Assembly: GCA_045649645.1 (NCBI GenBank)
Contig: JAZRQH010000049.1
Span: 1-41,804 of the forward strand
Direction of reading: 5' to 3'
DNA length: 41,804 nucleotides
Source of the DNA: Eubacteriales bacterium
Lineage (GTDB): Bacteria; Bacillota; Clostridia; Oscillospirales; CAG-272
In this document: positions 27,631 through 36,706 of the stretch, in pieces
Layout: the number at the start of each line of letters is the position of its first letter
Position numbering within the stretch: the first letter of the stretch is position 1
Notes under the pieces: model-generated
The model's database searches: none
What the model was told of the DNA's origin: nothing
What the model saw: only the letters and a program-made list of their open reading frames with translations
Translations under genes and position numbers: made by a program

Positions 27631-28566
27631 TTAATAATTTTTGTATTCAGCTAACATCTCTATGGCTTCGTCGGTCTTGGGAACGAAATAGTCCTCGTCA
27701 CCGTCCTTCTTGAAGTCACCGGGGTAGGTAAGAACCTTGCCCTCGTAGGATGAATAGTTATATATTGTATCAAGGTGCTTTAAGAGGTCATCCTCTTCAA
27801 AGTTTGAAATAAGATATTCAAATACTGTAGTATACAGATGCTCTGCATCACCCTTTAGACTTGCCTTGGTGTACTTTTCCACAAGAGTTCTCATAAACTG
27901 TACATTACGCAGCATTCTGTCACTGTAGCTGTCACTGCGGTAACGGAGCATATCGATTGCATCTGCACCGTCAAGCTCCTGTTCGCCCTTCTTGAGGTCG
28001 ATCCTGAGGTTCTGCTTTTTGTCCTCGTACTCCATATTTACGGGTACGGGGTAGCTGACACCGCCAAGGGAGTTGATAAGATCGTCAAAAATAGCAACCG
28101 AAGCGATCGCGTGGTAGTTTATCTGTAATCCGGTCAGACCCTGTATCTTTTCGGTCAGATATTCGATACCTTTATCGGTATACGCCTTTGAGAGTGTAGT
28201 CGGATTACCGTCAACGGTTATCTGGGTAACCGCAGGGATATTCATATAGATAACGGTGTTTGTCTCGCAGGAGAAGCGAACAAGGATGATGGCATCAGCT
28301 CTGGAGGGAGCATCGGGTGTGACCCTGGGCTGATAGTCGGTACCTACGAGCAGAGCCGTAAAGCTTGAGCCTGTTACGGTATCGCTGTTAACCGCATCCT
28401 CAAATCCGACGATCATATCGTCTGTTTCCTCGGGCTCTACAGGCTCGGTTTTATCTGCAGGACCTAAGAACATGGACATAATTATATAAGCTACGATTCC
28501 GAATATCAGAAAGGATATACAGAACGTAATTCCGAACGTTAGAGCATTTCTTTTGAATGCTGACAT
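27631..28566 (-). CDS. LytR-CpsA-Psr (LCP) family protein
   Basis: Single N-terminal TM; LLVGTD, RADAI, LGGV, LDG..A..LRYR. ATG at 28566 follows GAGGTG. Confidence 0.85.
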   Translation of the reverse strand: MSAFKRNALTFGITFCISFLIFGIVAYIIMSMFLGPADKTEPVEPEETDDMIVGFEDAVNSDTVTGSSFTALLVGTDYQPRVTPDAPSRADAIILVRFSCETNTVIYMNIPAVTQITVDGNPTTLSKAYTDKGIEYLTEKIQGLTGLQINYHAIASVAIFDDLINSLGGVSYPVPVNMEYEDKKQNLRIDLKKGEQELDGADAIDMLRYRSDSYSDRMLRNVQFMRTLVEKYTKASLKGDAEHLYTTVFEYLISNFEEDDLLKHLDTIYNYSSYEGKVLTYPGDFKKDGDEDYFVPKTDEAIEMLAEYKNY

Positions 28567-28600
28567 TATCTCACCTCTGTAAATAATTATACATTTTGTA

Positions 28601-28676
28601 ATTATATCACAAGCAATAATAAAATTCAAGTATTTTATTATAAAGACTTGAAAAAATATACAATATAGTATATAAT
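28601..28676. promoter_or_regulatory. Divergent sigma-A promoters (LCP-glyQS on minus; tRNA on plus)
   Basis: Minus: TTGAAT-17-TATAAT (28629-28601). Plus: TTGAAA(28648)-17-TATAAT(28671). Confidence 0.75.
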
Positions 28677-28685
28677 ACACACAAT

Positions 28686-28760
28686 GCCTGCATAGTTAAA
28701 TGGATATAACAAACCCCTCCTAAGGGTTAGTTGTGGGTTCGATTCCCGCTGCGGGTGCCA
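28686..28760 (+). tRNA. tRNA-Arg (CCU)
   Basis: Cloverleaf: GCCTGCA/TGCGGGT acceptor, GTTA/TAAC D-stem, AACCC-CTCCTAA-GGGTT anticodon arm, GTGGG-TTCGATT-CCCGC T-arm, encoded CCA. Confidence 0.96.
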
Positions 28761-28762
28761 GT

Positions 28763-28793
28763 AGATCTCGTTTTTATAAACGGGATCTTTTTT
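28763..28793 (+). terminator. tRNA terminator
   Basis: AGATCTCGTTT/AAACGGGATCT followed by a T-run. Confidence 0.8.
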
Positions 28794-28832
28794 GTTAAAG
28801 GAGTTGTAAAATTTCAATAGTAGAGAAATCTC

Positions 28833-28862
28833 TTGACAAAATACAGTTAGAAATGCTAAAAT
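28833..28862 (+). promoter_or_regulatory. Sigma-A promoter of the capD-like gene
   Basis: TTGACA-18-TAAAAT with TG extension. Confidence 0.6.
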
Positions 28863-28893
28863 AAGTAAAAATATATATTATTATGGAGATGTT

Positions 28894-30804
28894 ATGGATA
28901 AATCGATCAAAAGCTTTCGTTTCAGTAAGTTTATGGTCATGCTTGCAGATGCAATGGTTATACTGCTTGACGTTGCGATAACACATTTCATATATAGAGA
29001 GTTTTTCCGTTCCCTTTCGGGCAAACATCTTGTTATGGCAGCCTTTACATCCGCTGCCCTTGTGGTTTTTGTTCTGAATGTTCTTGGGGCATACAAGCGA
29101 GCATGGAAAAACTTCGGTATAAAGGATTATGTTCTTTGTACCATAGGTGTTGTCAGCAGCTTTTTCTTTGAGATGCTCGGGGTCTTTGTTGTTATGCATG
29201 GTGTTCCGTATCTGTTTTATGTTTCTTATTGTACTGTGGCTGTGATCAGCATACTTGTAATGCGATTTGTGTTTAAATTCAGTTTCGACATTATTTCTGC
29301 TGCGGGCAGAAAGTCAGCTGACGTTAAGCGTACTCTTATTATAGGTGGAGGAAACACCTGTGCAAGTATCATTAAAGAGATATACCTGGCTCAGGATGAT
29401 GATTCTGAAACCCAGCTTGCATACTTTGATCCTGTTTGTATTGTAGATAACAACCGCCGTAAGCATGGTACAAAGGTCAGAGGTGTTCCTATTGTAGGAG
29501 GCACCGATGAAATTCCCGCTGTTGTCGAGAAATATAATATTGAACAGATTATTTTTGCTATTCCCACGTGTCCCGATGACATAAGACAGGAAATATTGAA
29601 TATCTGTTCAGAGACCAATCTGCCTGTGCGTCTGGTTCCAAAGTTCAGTAATCTTCTGATGAATGCTGAAAGTACAACTATACTCAATAAGATACGTGAT
29701 ATTAAGATTGAAGACCTTCTTGGACGAAAGTCTGTGACCTTTGATAACGAAGATATCAAAAACTTTGTATGCGGCAAGGTGTGTATGGTAACCGGCGGCG
29801 GCGGTTCTATCGGTTCTGAGATAGTCCGTCAGCTTGCAATGTACAATCCTGGGAAGATCGTTATTGTTGATATATACGAGAATAATGCCTATGATATACA
29901 GCAGGAGCTTCGTATGGAGTACGGCTCAGATCTGGATTTCGTTACACTTATTGCTTCGGTTCGTGATTATCACAGGATGAATCAGATTTTTGATACATAC
30001 AAGCCGGATATAGTTTTCCATGCGGCCGCTCACAAGCATGTTCCTCTTATGGAAAACTCTCCCGCTGAGGCAATTAAGAATAACGTTCTTGGTACGTTTA
30101 ACGTTGCGACTATTTCTCTTGCTCATGACGTCAGCCGATTTGTTATGATTTCGACCGATAAGGCAGTGAACCCTACTAACGTAATGGGCGCCTCAAAGCG
30201 TTGTTGCGAGATGATCATTCAGTATCTTTCTCAGCAGCCCGACAGTAAGACCGATTTCGTTACGACCCGATTCGGTAACGTTCTTGGATCTAACGGTTCT
30301 GTAATTCCTCTCTTTAAGAGACAGATAGAGCAGGGTAAGCCGATAACCGTTACTCACCCTGACATCATTAGATACTTTATGACCATACCCGAGGCGGTTA
30401 ACCTTGTGCTTGAGGCCTCTGTGCTTGCACAGGGCGGTGAGATTTTTGTGCTTGACATGGGTAAGCCTGTGCGTATAGTATCTCTTGCCGAAAATCTTAT
30501 CCGTATGTACGGCAAACGTCCTTATAAGGATGTTGAGATCAAGTTTACCGGTCTTCGACCCGGCGAAAAGATTAAAGAGGAGCTTCTTATGGATGAGGAG
30601 GGATTGCAGAAAACCTCCAATGAACTTATATTTATCGGTAAGCACATAGAGCTTGATGAAGAAATCTTCATTAGAGACATACACGCCCTTAAGCAGGCCG
30701 CAACAGACGACGACGAAGCGGGAGTTATCTCGGCACTCCACCGTATTGTTCCTACATTTGTTACACCGGAAGAATTTAACACAAAGGAACTGTCAAAAAA
30801 ATAA
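28894..30804 (+). CDS. CapD/PglF/EpsC-like membrane-bound UDP-GlcNAc 4,6-dehydratase (polysaccharide biosynthesis protein)
   Basis: Four N-terminal TMs, IEDLLGR, TGGGGSIGSE, HAAAHKHVP, STDKA, MGASK, RFGNVLGS and GLRPGEK. Confidence 0.92.
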   Translation: MDKSIKSFRFSKFMVMLADAMVILLDVAITHFIYREFFRSLSGKHLVMAAFTSAALVVFVLNVLGAYKRAWKNFGIKDYVLCTIGVVSSFFFEMLGVFVVMHGVPYLFYVSYCTVAVISILVMRFVFKFSFDIISAAGRKSADVKRTLIIGGGNTCASIIKEIYLAQDDDSETQLAYFDPVCIVDNNRRKHGTKVRGVPIVGGTDEIPAVVEKYNIEQIIFAIPTCPDDIRQEILNICSETNLPVRLVPKFSNLLMNAESTTILNKIRDIKIEDLLGRKSVTFDNEDIKNFVCGKVCMVTGGGGSIGSEIVRQLAMYNPGKIVIVDIYENNAYDIQQELRMEYGSDLDFVTLIASVRDYHRMNQIFDTYKPDIVFHAAAHKHVPLMENSPAEAIKNNVLGTFNVATISLAHDVSRFVMISTDKAVNPTNVMGASKRCCEMIIQYLSQQPDSKTDFVTTRFGNVLGSNGSVIPLFKRQIEQGKPITVTHPDIIRYFMTIPEAVNLVLEASVLAQGGEIFVLDMGKPVRIVSLAENLIRMYGKRPYKDVEIKFTGLRPGEKIKEELLMDEEGLQKTSNELIFIGKHIELDEEIFIRDIHALKQAATDDDEAGVISALHRIVPTFVTPEEFNTKELSKK

Positions 30805-30810
30805 ATTTAT

Positions 30811-30853
30811 TACACCCCGACGCATTGCAACGGGGTGTATTTTGTGTTATAAT
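30811..30853 (+). terminator. Terminator with an embedded sigma-A promoter for the next operon
   Basis: TACACCCCG/CGGGGTGTA plus TTTT; TTGCAA(30825)-17-TATAAT(30848) with TG. Confidence 0.75.
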
Positions 30854-30860
30854 AGATGCT

Positions 30861-31505
30861 ATGATCAGAATAACAAAGCCCTATAAGGATGATATGATTA
30901 TTCCTATATCAGTCAGCCTTTCGAATGACGAATTGAATATAGACGTGTATGAGGAGCTGTTGGCACTTGCCGAGGAATATGCCGAAAGATATGAAGGCAA
31001 ATATTTTTCTGAGGAAGCGCTGAGATTTCTCGATGCAAATATAGAAATCGACGGTTATATCAGATATGACGTTGCGCTGGAATACTACGTTGTTTTTGAA
31101 GGAACAAAAGCAAGTAAAAGCGGTATAGAAACCGTTGATATAGAAAACGCCGAATATACCGTTGATGAGACCGAGTTTGAAGCAGACATTATCAGGGAGA
31201 ACGGGCAGCCCGCTTCACTGATAGTAAGAGACGGACGTATAGCGGCTATTTCTGCGGCAAACTATTTTATCGAAGATGATGAGGATGAGGTGGAGCTGGC
31301 GGTGGAGACCCTGCCCGAATTCAGAGGTCAGGGCTACGCTAAAGCCGTGCTTTGCGATATGGCGCACAAGATCATAGATATGGGCAAGGTGCCTACCTAC
31401 CGTGCCTCCTGCTTCAATACTGCGTCTATAGCTACAGCTCTCGGCTGCGGTTTTACCGAGATAGGAAAAGAATATTACTATAACTGTTACAAGGAGGAAG
31501 AATAA
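30861..31505 (+). CDS. GNAT family N-acetyltransferase
   Basis: ELAVETLPEFRGQGYA (motif A) and NTASIATALGCGF (motif B). Confidence 0.85.
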   Translation: MIRITKPYKDDMIIPISVSLSNDELNIDVYEELLALAEEYAERYEGKYFSEEALRFLDANIEIDGYIRYDVALEYYVVFEGTKASKSGIETVDIENAEYTVDETEFEADIIRENGQPASLIVRDGRIAAISAANYFIEDDEDEVELAVETLPEFRGQGYAKAVLCDMAHKIIDMGKVPTYRASCFNTASIATALGCGFTEIGKEYYYNCYKEEE

Positions 31506-33217
31506 TGGCTTTTGATGCAGGAATGTTATCAGCGTGCGTATATGAGCTTAAGAATAGGATCATCGGCGCAAAAATAGACAAGATATATCAGCCGGGCAGA
31601 GAAGAGCTGGTGTTCAATCTCCGTCCCGAGGGAAGAAAAGAAAACTTAAAGCTCCTTATGTCTGCCGGAGCAAATACCCCAAGAATAAATCTTACCAATC
31701 TTTCGTTGCAGAATCCTTCTGTACCCCCTACCTTTACGCAGCTTCTTCGTAAGCATCTTCAGAGCGCAAGGATCACAGGTGTCGAGCAGCTTGGCTTTGA
31801 GCGTGCCTGCCGTATAGATTTTGAGGCACGTGACGATATGAACTTCAAAACCAAGAAGTCTATCGTCTGCGAGATAATGGGTAAGTACAGTAATATCATT
31901 TTCTGCGACTCTGAGATGAAGATCATATCCGCTATCAAGATAGTCGATCTTACCACCAGCCATAAGCGTCAGGTGCTTCCGGGTATGATATACGAGATGC
32001 CGCCGTCCCAGGATAAGATAGATCCGCTGACCGAAACTAAGGAGGGTTTTGAGGCAGCTGTCGCTGAGTGGCAGGGGGATCTTTCCAAGTTTATAACCTC
32101 CCGATATATGGGTATCTCTGCCCTTGTGGCAAGAGAGATCGCATTAAAGGGAAGCTGGGAGTCTTTTAAGTCTGTTATTGACAGAATTAAGAATTGCGAT
32201 TTTGTACCCACACTTATCCGTGATGATGAGGGCACACCAAAGGAATACTGCTTTATGCCCATAACACAGTACGGCAGTAAGATGAAGTGTGAGGTATGCG
32301 AGTCCTTTGGCGAGCTTATCGACAGCTACTTTGATGAAAGAGAGCGTACCGACCGTATCAAGCAGAAGGCAAGCGATCTCTTTAAGCTCATCGAAAACGC
32401 AATATCCCGCCTTGAAAAAAAGACAGCATTACAAAAGGAGGATCTTCGCAACTGCGCCGACAAGGAGGAGCTCAAGCGCTACGGAGATCTTATAACCTCA
32501 AACATTTACGCGCTCAAGAGAGGTATGCATAAGGCTACCCTTATAGATTATTACGACCCCGATATGGCAGAGGTCACGGTGCCTCTGGACTACCGACTGG
32601 ATCCCGCAGCCAATGCGCAGAGGTACTATAAGAAATACAACAAACTTAAAAAAGCAGAAACAGAGCTGCAGAAGCAGATGGATATCTCAGCTACTGAGCT
32701 TGACTATCTTTACAGCGTGCTTGAATCCTTTGACCGTGCAGAGGGCGAGCTTGAGATAAACGAGATCAGAAGAGAGCTCTACGAGTCGGGCTACGGCTCC
32801 CGTATGAAGAACTATACTCAGGTAAAGCAGCAGCAGACCAAGCCCCTTGAATTCGAGACCACCAACGGCTACCGTGTTCTCTGCGGTAAGAATAACACTC
32901 AAAACGATCGTCTTACCTTTAAGCTGGCGTCAAAGGGTGACTATTGGTTCCATGCCAAAAATATGCCCGGTTCCCACGTTATAATGTTCTGCGACGGTAT
33001 GGAGGAGCCTCCGGCTGAAGACTTTACCGAGGCTGCCGTTATAGCCGCAACCCATTCCAAGGCGTCGGATAAGGCGTCTGTTGAGGTTGACTATTCGCTT
33101 GTAAAGAATATCAAGAAGCCCGCAGGCGCAAAGCCTGGTCTTGTTATCTATCATACCAATTATTCGGCTTACGTAACACCCAACAAAGCGGTTTGCGATG
33201 CCCTTGCAAAGAAATGA
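31505..33217 (+). CDS. rqcH: Ribosome quality control factor RqcH (NFACT/FbpA family)
   Basis: MAFDAG, KIYQP, LRKHL, EIMGKYSNI, NAQRYYKKY, GKNNTQND and WFHAKNMPGSHV motifs. Confidence 0.94.
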   Translation: MAFDAGMLSACVYELKNRIIGAKIDKIYQPGREELVFNLRPEGRKENLKLLMSAGANTPRINLTNLSLQNPSVPPTFTQLLRKHLQSARITGVEQLGFERACRIDFEARDDMNFKTKKSIVCEIMGKYSNIIFCDSEMKIISAIKIVDLTTSHKRQVLPGMIYEMPPSQDKIDPLTETKEGFEAAVAEWQGDLSKFITSRYMGISALVAREIALKGSWESFKSVIDRIKNCDFVPTLIRDDEGTPKEYCFMPITQYGSKMKCEVCESFGELIDSYFDERERTDRIKQKASDLFKLIENAISRLEKKTALQKEDLRNCADKEELKRYGDLITSNIYALKRGMHKATLIDYYDPDMAEVTVPLDYRLDPAANAQRYYKKYNKLKKAETELQKQMDISATELDYLYSVLESFDRAEGELEINEIRRELYESGYGSRMKNYTQVKQQQTKPLEFETTNGYRVLCGKNNTQNDRLTFKLASKGDYWFHAKNMPGSHVIMFCDGMEEPPAEDFTEAAVIAATHSKASDKASVEVDYSLVKNIKKPAGAKPGLVIYHTNYSAYVTPNKAVCDALAKK

Positions 33218-34104
33218 TAATTAATATTGATATCTCCCGCAAGGGAAAAACGGTTAAGGAAATACTCTTTGGCGAGCTTGGGCTTTCGAGAGGTCAGGTC
33301 GTATCCCTTAAAAACGGTGACGGTATCCGTGTCAACGGCGAGCACGTTACCGTTAGGTATGTTCTCAAGGAGAATGATATACTTGAACTTGATGTTGAGG
33401 ATAGCGAAGAGGATATGAACGATCATATCACGCCTGTAGAGATACCTATTGATATTCTTTATGAGGATGAAGATGTGGTATGTGTCAACAAGCCCTCGGG
33501 TATGCCTACTCACCCATCACATAACCATCATACCGACACCCTTGCAAATGCGTTGGCGTATTACTACGCTCAAAAGGGAATCCCCTTTGTTTTTCGTGCG
33601 GTCAACCGACTTGACCGAGAGACCAGCGGCGTTGTTCTTGTTGCCAAAAACAGAGCCGCATCCGCCAAGCTTTCAAAAAGCCTTCAGGAAAACAAATTTG
33701 AAAAGATATATTATGCCGTGGTCTGCGGCATACCTGAAAAGGAACAGGGAAGGATCATAGCATATATATCCCGAAAAGAGGGCAGTATCATATTCAGAAA
33801 AGCCAGTGAAAGCGGTAAGGGATCTGAATATGCCGAGACTCTTTACTGCTGCAAAGAATATTATGATGATCACACCCTTCTGGAGGTCAAGCCTATAACG
33901 GGCAGAACTCATCAGATAAGGGTTCATATGCAGTATATCGGTCATTGTATATACGGTGACGGCTTGTACGGTGCCGAAGCGCGGGAGGGACTTATGCTCC
34001 ACGCGTCATCTCTTGCCTTCCCGTTGCCTGACGGCAAGACGATCACTGTTTCTGCACCCCTGCCGCACAGATTTAAGATATTCAGGAGAAATGATGAAAT
34101 TTAA
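33214..34104 (+). CDS. RluA/RluD-family pseudouridine synthase
   Basis: ILYED, NKPSG, NRLDRETSG, TGRTHQIRVH and LHA. ATGA overlap with the rqcH stop. Confidence 0.92.
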   Translation: MIINIDISRKGKTVKEILFGELGLSRGQVVSLKNGDGIRVNGEHVTVRYVLKENDILELDVEDSEEDMNDHITPVEIPIDILYEDEDVVCVNKPSGMPTHPSHNHHTDTLANALAYYYAQKGIPFVFRAVNRLDRETSGVVLVAKNRAASAKLSKSLQENKFEKIYYAVVCGIPEKEQGRIIAYISRKEGSIIFRKASESGKGSEYAETLYCCKEYYDDHTLLEVKPITGRTHQIRVHMQYIGHCIYGDGLYGAEAREGLMLHASSLAFPLPDGKTITVSAPLPHRFKIFRRNDEI

Positions 34105-35191
34105 AGGATTTCTTGATAAATATTTTTCAGCGATATCGCGATTTTGTATGCTGCTTGCGGCCCTGTCAGCCGTGATATTGGTCATATCGAAGCTGTCAGA
34201 AGGATTTTCCGACTGGTTCAACAGATACGTCAGCTCCTTTTGCCGCCTGATTATATCCAAGATAACAGGGGTTCTGCCTTTTTCTTTGGGCGAAGCTATG
34301 TTTCTTTGCTTGCCCTTGTTTATATTTATAGCGCTGTTTATATATTTTAAGGTATGCTATGAGGATGATATCAAGGCAGGCAGATTTATAGTGTCACTTG
34401 TTACCTGTCTCTCACTTATGTTCAGCTCCTTTGTCTTTATGTTCGGAGTTGCTTATAACGGCTCGCCTCTTGAGGATAAGCTGGGTCTTGAGGCAAAGGA
34501 CGTGATCTATAGCGAGCTTGAGCACACCGCCGACTGTCTTGTTGACGAGATAAATGAAGTCATTGATGAGGTTGAGTATATATACGACGGCTCGTCAACC
34601 ATGCCATATTCCTTTAAGGAGCTTAACGTTAAGCTCAATGATGCCTATGATTCCTTTAGCCGGAAGCACAGCTTTGTTCCTAAGCTTAGATCCAACGTCA
34701 AGATCCTTGCAGTAAGTCCGATAATGACCTATACCCATATATCGGGTATATTCACTTATTATACGGGTGAAGCAAACTTAAATATAAACTACCCCGATTA
34801 TTCCATGCCTTATACTATGGCACACGAGATGGCGCATCAAAGAGGTGTAGCTCCTGAGAACGAGGCAAACTTTGTTGCTTTTTTAGTATGTCTCGAATCA
34901 GAGGATGACTATATCCGCTACAGTGCGGCTATGAGTATGCTTGAGTACGTTCTTTCGGCAATGCACAAGGCATCAGCTGATGAATATAACAGCTATATCT
35001 CTGACATGGACCTGCGCATAAGAGGAGAATTGGTAGCGTTCTCAACCTTCTTTGACAGATACAGGGACTCGGTTGCATCAAACGTTACCGATACGATAAA
35101 CGATACCTATCTCAAGGCTTCGGGTGATAATGCGGGCTCTCAGAGCTATGGAATGGTGGTGGATCTTGCCTGTGCGTATTATGCCGATTAG
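34091..35191 (+). CDS. DUF3810-family membrane-anchored putative zinc metallopeptidase
   Basis: N-terminal TMs, PFSLGE, TGEAN and HEMAHQRG...ENEANF. ATG at 34091 follows AGGAG. Confidence 0.8.
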   Translation: MMKFKGFLDKYFSAISRFCMLLAALSAVILVISKLSEGFSDWFNRYVSSFCRLIISKITGVLPFSLGEAMFLCLPLFIFIALFIYFKVCYEDDIKAGRFIVSLVTCLSLMFSSFVFMFGVAYNGSPLEDKLGLEAKDVIYSELEHTADCLVDEINEVIDEVEYIYDGSSTMPYSFKELNVKLNDAYDSFSRKHSFVPKLRSNVKILAVSPIMTYTHISGIFTYYTGEANLNINYPDYSMPYTMAHEMAHQRGVAPENEANFVAFLVCLESEDDYIRYSAAMSMLEYVLSAMHKASADEYNSYISDMDLRIRGELVAFSTFFDRYRDSVASNVTDTINDTYLKASGDNAGSQSYGMVVDLACAYYAD

Positions 35192-35383
35192 CATAATCTA
35201 TGTCCCTGCATAAAATGTTATCAGTACTGTTTTGTTTCGTACTAAATGAAATATCTATTAATTTTTCCAAAACCTCTTTATTTTTTTGAAACAATGTGAT
35301 ATAATAACTTGAATAATTTATACATATGCAGTTTTGCTTTTACAGTTTGCGATAAATAATTTTTGAGAAGGGTGACATTTCGC

Positions 35384-36673
35384 ATGGAGAAAATCGTTAT
35401 CAACGGCGGTCAGCCGCTGTATGGTGATATTGAAGTCAGCGGTGCCAAGAACGCAGCGGTTGCTGTTGTTTACGCCTGCCTGCTGGTTAAAGAAAAGATA
35501 GTCCTTGAAAATATACCTCCCATTGTTGATATTGGTGTTTCTCTTGAAATACTCAAGAGCATGGGTGTTAAGATAAAAATGCTCAAGAAGGACGTGGTCG
35601 AGATAGACGCGTCCGAGGTTCAGCAGGGAAGCAGCCCCGCAGAGCTTGTAAGACGTATGAGAGCATCCTATTACCTTATCGGTGCCGAGCTTGGCAGATT
35701 CGGTAAAGCGAGCGTTGATTATCCCGGCGGTTGCGATTTCGGTGTTCGTCCCATCGACCAGCATATCAAGGCATTTACCGCTCTCGGTGCAGACGTTGTG
35801 GTAGATAATGGACGTATTGAAGCAACCACTCAGAACGGACTTCAGGGAGCTGAGGTGTTCTTTGACGTTGTAACGGTAGGTGCTACCATGAACCTTATGA
35901 TAGCAGCTGCCTGTGCAGAAGGCACTACTGTCATTGAGAATGCTGCCCGTGAGCCCCATATCGTTGACCTTGCAAACTTCCTTAACTCCTGCGGTGCAAA
36001 CATCAAGGGCGCAGGTACCGGCACCATCAAGATCAAGGGTGTCAAGGAGCTGCACGGTTGCACTTATGCTATCATCCCCGATATGATCGAGGCAGGTACC
36101 TATATGATCGCCGCAGCAGCAACCGGCGGCAAGATGAAGATAAAGAACATCATTCCCAAGCACCTTGAATCGGTTACCGCAAAGCTCAGAGAGATGGGTG
36201 TTGCCGTGTTCGAGGGTGACGATTACATTATAGTCGGTGCTGTACCTGAACTTAAGCGTGTTAACATAAGAACTCTTCCTTATCCCGGATTTCCTACCGA
36301 TATGCAGCCTCAGATGTGTGTGCTGCTCTGTCTGGCTAATGGGGTCAGCCTTTTAAGCGAGGGTGTGTGGGATAACCGCTTCAGATACGTAGAGGAGCTC
36401 AAGCGTATGGGCGCAAACATCAAGGTCGACGGCAAGACAGCAGTTGTCGAGGGTGTCGAGAAGTTCTCGCCTGCAAAGGTAAGAGCGGTAGACCTGAGAG
36501 CGGGAGCCGCTATGATCATAGCAGGACTTGCTACCAAGGGTAAGACCGAGATAGAGGACATCCACTATATTGAGCGCGGTTACGACAACATTGTTGGCAA
36601 GCTTGCCGCTGTCGGTGCTTCTATCAAGAAGGTAGTTATTCCCGACGAAAACGTTTTTGAGATAGCTAACTAA
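35384..36673 (+). CDS. murA: UDP-N-acetylglucosamine 1-carboxyvinyltransferase
   Basis: SGAKNA, MRASYY, PGGCDFGVRPIDQH (catalytic Cys kept), PYPGFPTDMQ, DLRAGA and ERGY. Confidence 0.96.
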   Translation: MEKIVINGGQPLYGDIEVSGAKNAAVAVVYACLLVKEKIVLENIPPIVDIGVSLEILKSMGVKIKMLKKDVVEIDASEVQQGSSPAELVRRMRASYYLIGAELGRFGKASVDYPGGCDFGVRPIDQHIKAFTALGADVVVDNGRIEATTQNGLQGAEVFFDVVTVGATMNLMIAAACAEGTTVIENAAREPHIVDLANFLNSCGANIKGAGTGTIKIKGVKELHGCTYAIIPDMIEAGTYMIAAAATGGKMKIKNIIPKHLESVTAKLREMGVAVFEGDDYIIVGAVPELKRVNIRTLPYPGFPTDMQPQMCVLLCLANGVSLLSEGVWDNRFRYVEELKRMGANIKVDGKTAVVEGVEKFSPAKVRAVDLRAGAAMIIAGLATKGKTEIEDIHYIERGYDNIVGKLAAVGASIKKVVIPDENVFEIAN

Positions 36674-36677
36674 AATT

Positions 36678-36706
36678 AACGGTGCATCATTTGATGCACC
36701 GTTTTT
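36678..36706. terminator. Terminator between convergent murA and the radical SAM gene
   Basis: AACGGTGCATCA/TGATGCACCGTT plus TTT; overlaps the last codons of the radical SAM ORF. Confidence 0.8.

Noticed and set aside
29512-29521. ATTCCCGCTG matches the tRNA-Arg 3' region (possible attR)
   Set aside because: Only 10 bp, inside the capD coding sequence, and no integrase is present; chance match.
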